Program-made: the position numbers and the translations under genes
Notes under the pieces: generated by a model
Database searches by the model: none
What the model was told of the DNA's origin: nothing
The model's input: the letters and a program-made list of their open reading frames with translations, nothing else
NCBI RefSeq assembly: GCF_006345805.1
Contig: NC_043021.1
Location: 7,936,001 to 8,000,000 of the forward strand
DNA length: 64,000 nt
Direction of reading: 5' to 3'
Source of the DNA: Octopus sinensis
Lineage: Eukaryota
In this document: piece by piece, positions 63,110-64,000 of the stretch
Layout: every line of letters starts with the position of its first letter
Numbering within the stretch: the stretch's first letter is position 1

Positions 63110-63191
63110 TTTTGGGACAATTGTTTCGCTATTAATGAATTAAATGTAATTTTACTTACAAAAAAATCCACTTGTAGCTCGTCAGCCAAAA
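63110..63191 (-). ncRNA. canonical type-I hammerhead ribozyme
   Basis: Stem I TTTTGG/CCAAAA, CTGACGA, stem II GCTA/TAGC with 43-nt AU-rich loop, GAAA, palindromic ACAATTGT stem III, GTC triplet. Predicted cleavage between 63116 and 63115. Confidence 0.85.
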
Positions 63192-63269
63192 CTATCTGGA
63201 TGAAATCCACTCAATCACACGCCAGATTTTACCATAACGATAAATACGTCTGCCTCTGTAAATGTGAAT

Positions 63270-63390
63270 GTGGTCTCCTTTTATATGCTACAGAAAAAAT
63301 CTGATTGGACAGATCTGTGGTGATGTCATCACTTGAAAATCCAGATGTTTACATGGAATTTCATTGGTCAGGTATTTGCTGATGTCATTA
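63270..63390 (-). promoter_or_regulatory. putative Pol II promoter upstream of the hammerhead
   Basis: Two TGACATCA...CCAAT modules 59 bp apart (63380-87/63363-67 and 63321-28/63304-08), then TATAAAA at 63279-63285, all oriented toward the ribozyme. Confidence 0.45.
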
Positions 63391-64000
63391 CTGTGACAAA
63401 ATTCCTGTTGTTACTTACAAACAAGACTCGTGTTTAAGTCACAGTGTTGTCCTGCTACACTCTCTTAAAGCATAAATACACTGGGCAGTTGCCTAGGGAC
63501 ACCAAGGGTCTAGGAGCCATTGCTAACCTATATATGCCGTGGCTTGCTATCAAAAAGACAGATGCAAGAGATCCAGTGAATTTCTTTATGCAGGGGTCTA
63601 TAATACTGTCAAGACGGCACTAGTGTTTGGTAACTTAAACAGAAAAGTGTCTCCGTATATCATCAAAATTGGTAACCCTGTTTTTGATTGTTTTATTTTT
63701 ATTTTTAGGGGTGGTGGGACGGTGTTGATGGGCGAGGTATTTTGTTTGTTTTTTTCTTTATGCCAGCACAAAATATAGAAGAATATCATTACATAAGAAG
63801 AAAATGTTTCTCAAGTTAGATTTCCATCTTGGCTTTCTCACGATATGGAACTCACTTCTAGTTGTCATGGTGACTCATATATTCTTACACAAGAGCGCAA
63901 GCTAATAAGTTCCAGATTTCTCTATTTTTTTAAAACTCTTAATACATTATCTACAATGTTACCTTATCTGCAGAGATATTGTAACCATAGCTTATGCAAG

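Overview
This is AT-rich, repeat-dominated eukaryotic DNA. The SINE/LINE/MITE repertoire and abundant microsatellites suggest a coleoid cephalopod, probably Octopus (inference from recalled repeat families, not from a search). Almost every ORF in the supplied track is an artefact of SINEs or microsatellites. No intact, recognisable protein-coding gene is present; there are only low-confidence candidate exons of a minus-strand gene starting near 30.2 kb. Contents: four tRNA-derived SINE families (called A, B, D and E here), 3' fragments of RTE, CR1-group and HERO-like non-LTR retrotransposons, four dead mariner/Tc1-type transposons, hAT and pogo transposase remnants, hAT-, piggyBac- and Merlin-like and fold-back MITEs, and a non-autonomous Helitron. 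The main unexplained signal is a set of eight type-I hammerhead ribozyme-like motifs in short Penelope/retrozyme-like elements. One is fully canonical (63110-63191, minus strand) and sits behind a CRE/CCAAT/TATA-like promoter. One is intact with a compensatory U3-A8 core (35411-35449). The window also holds putative partner LINE tails for two SINE families, and signs that SINE-B prefers GGTAY targets, including its own sequence.
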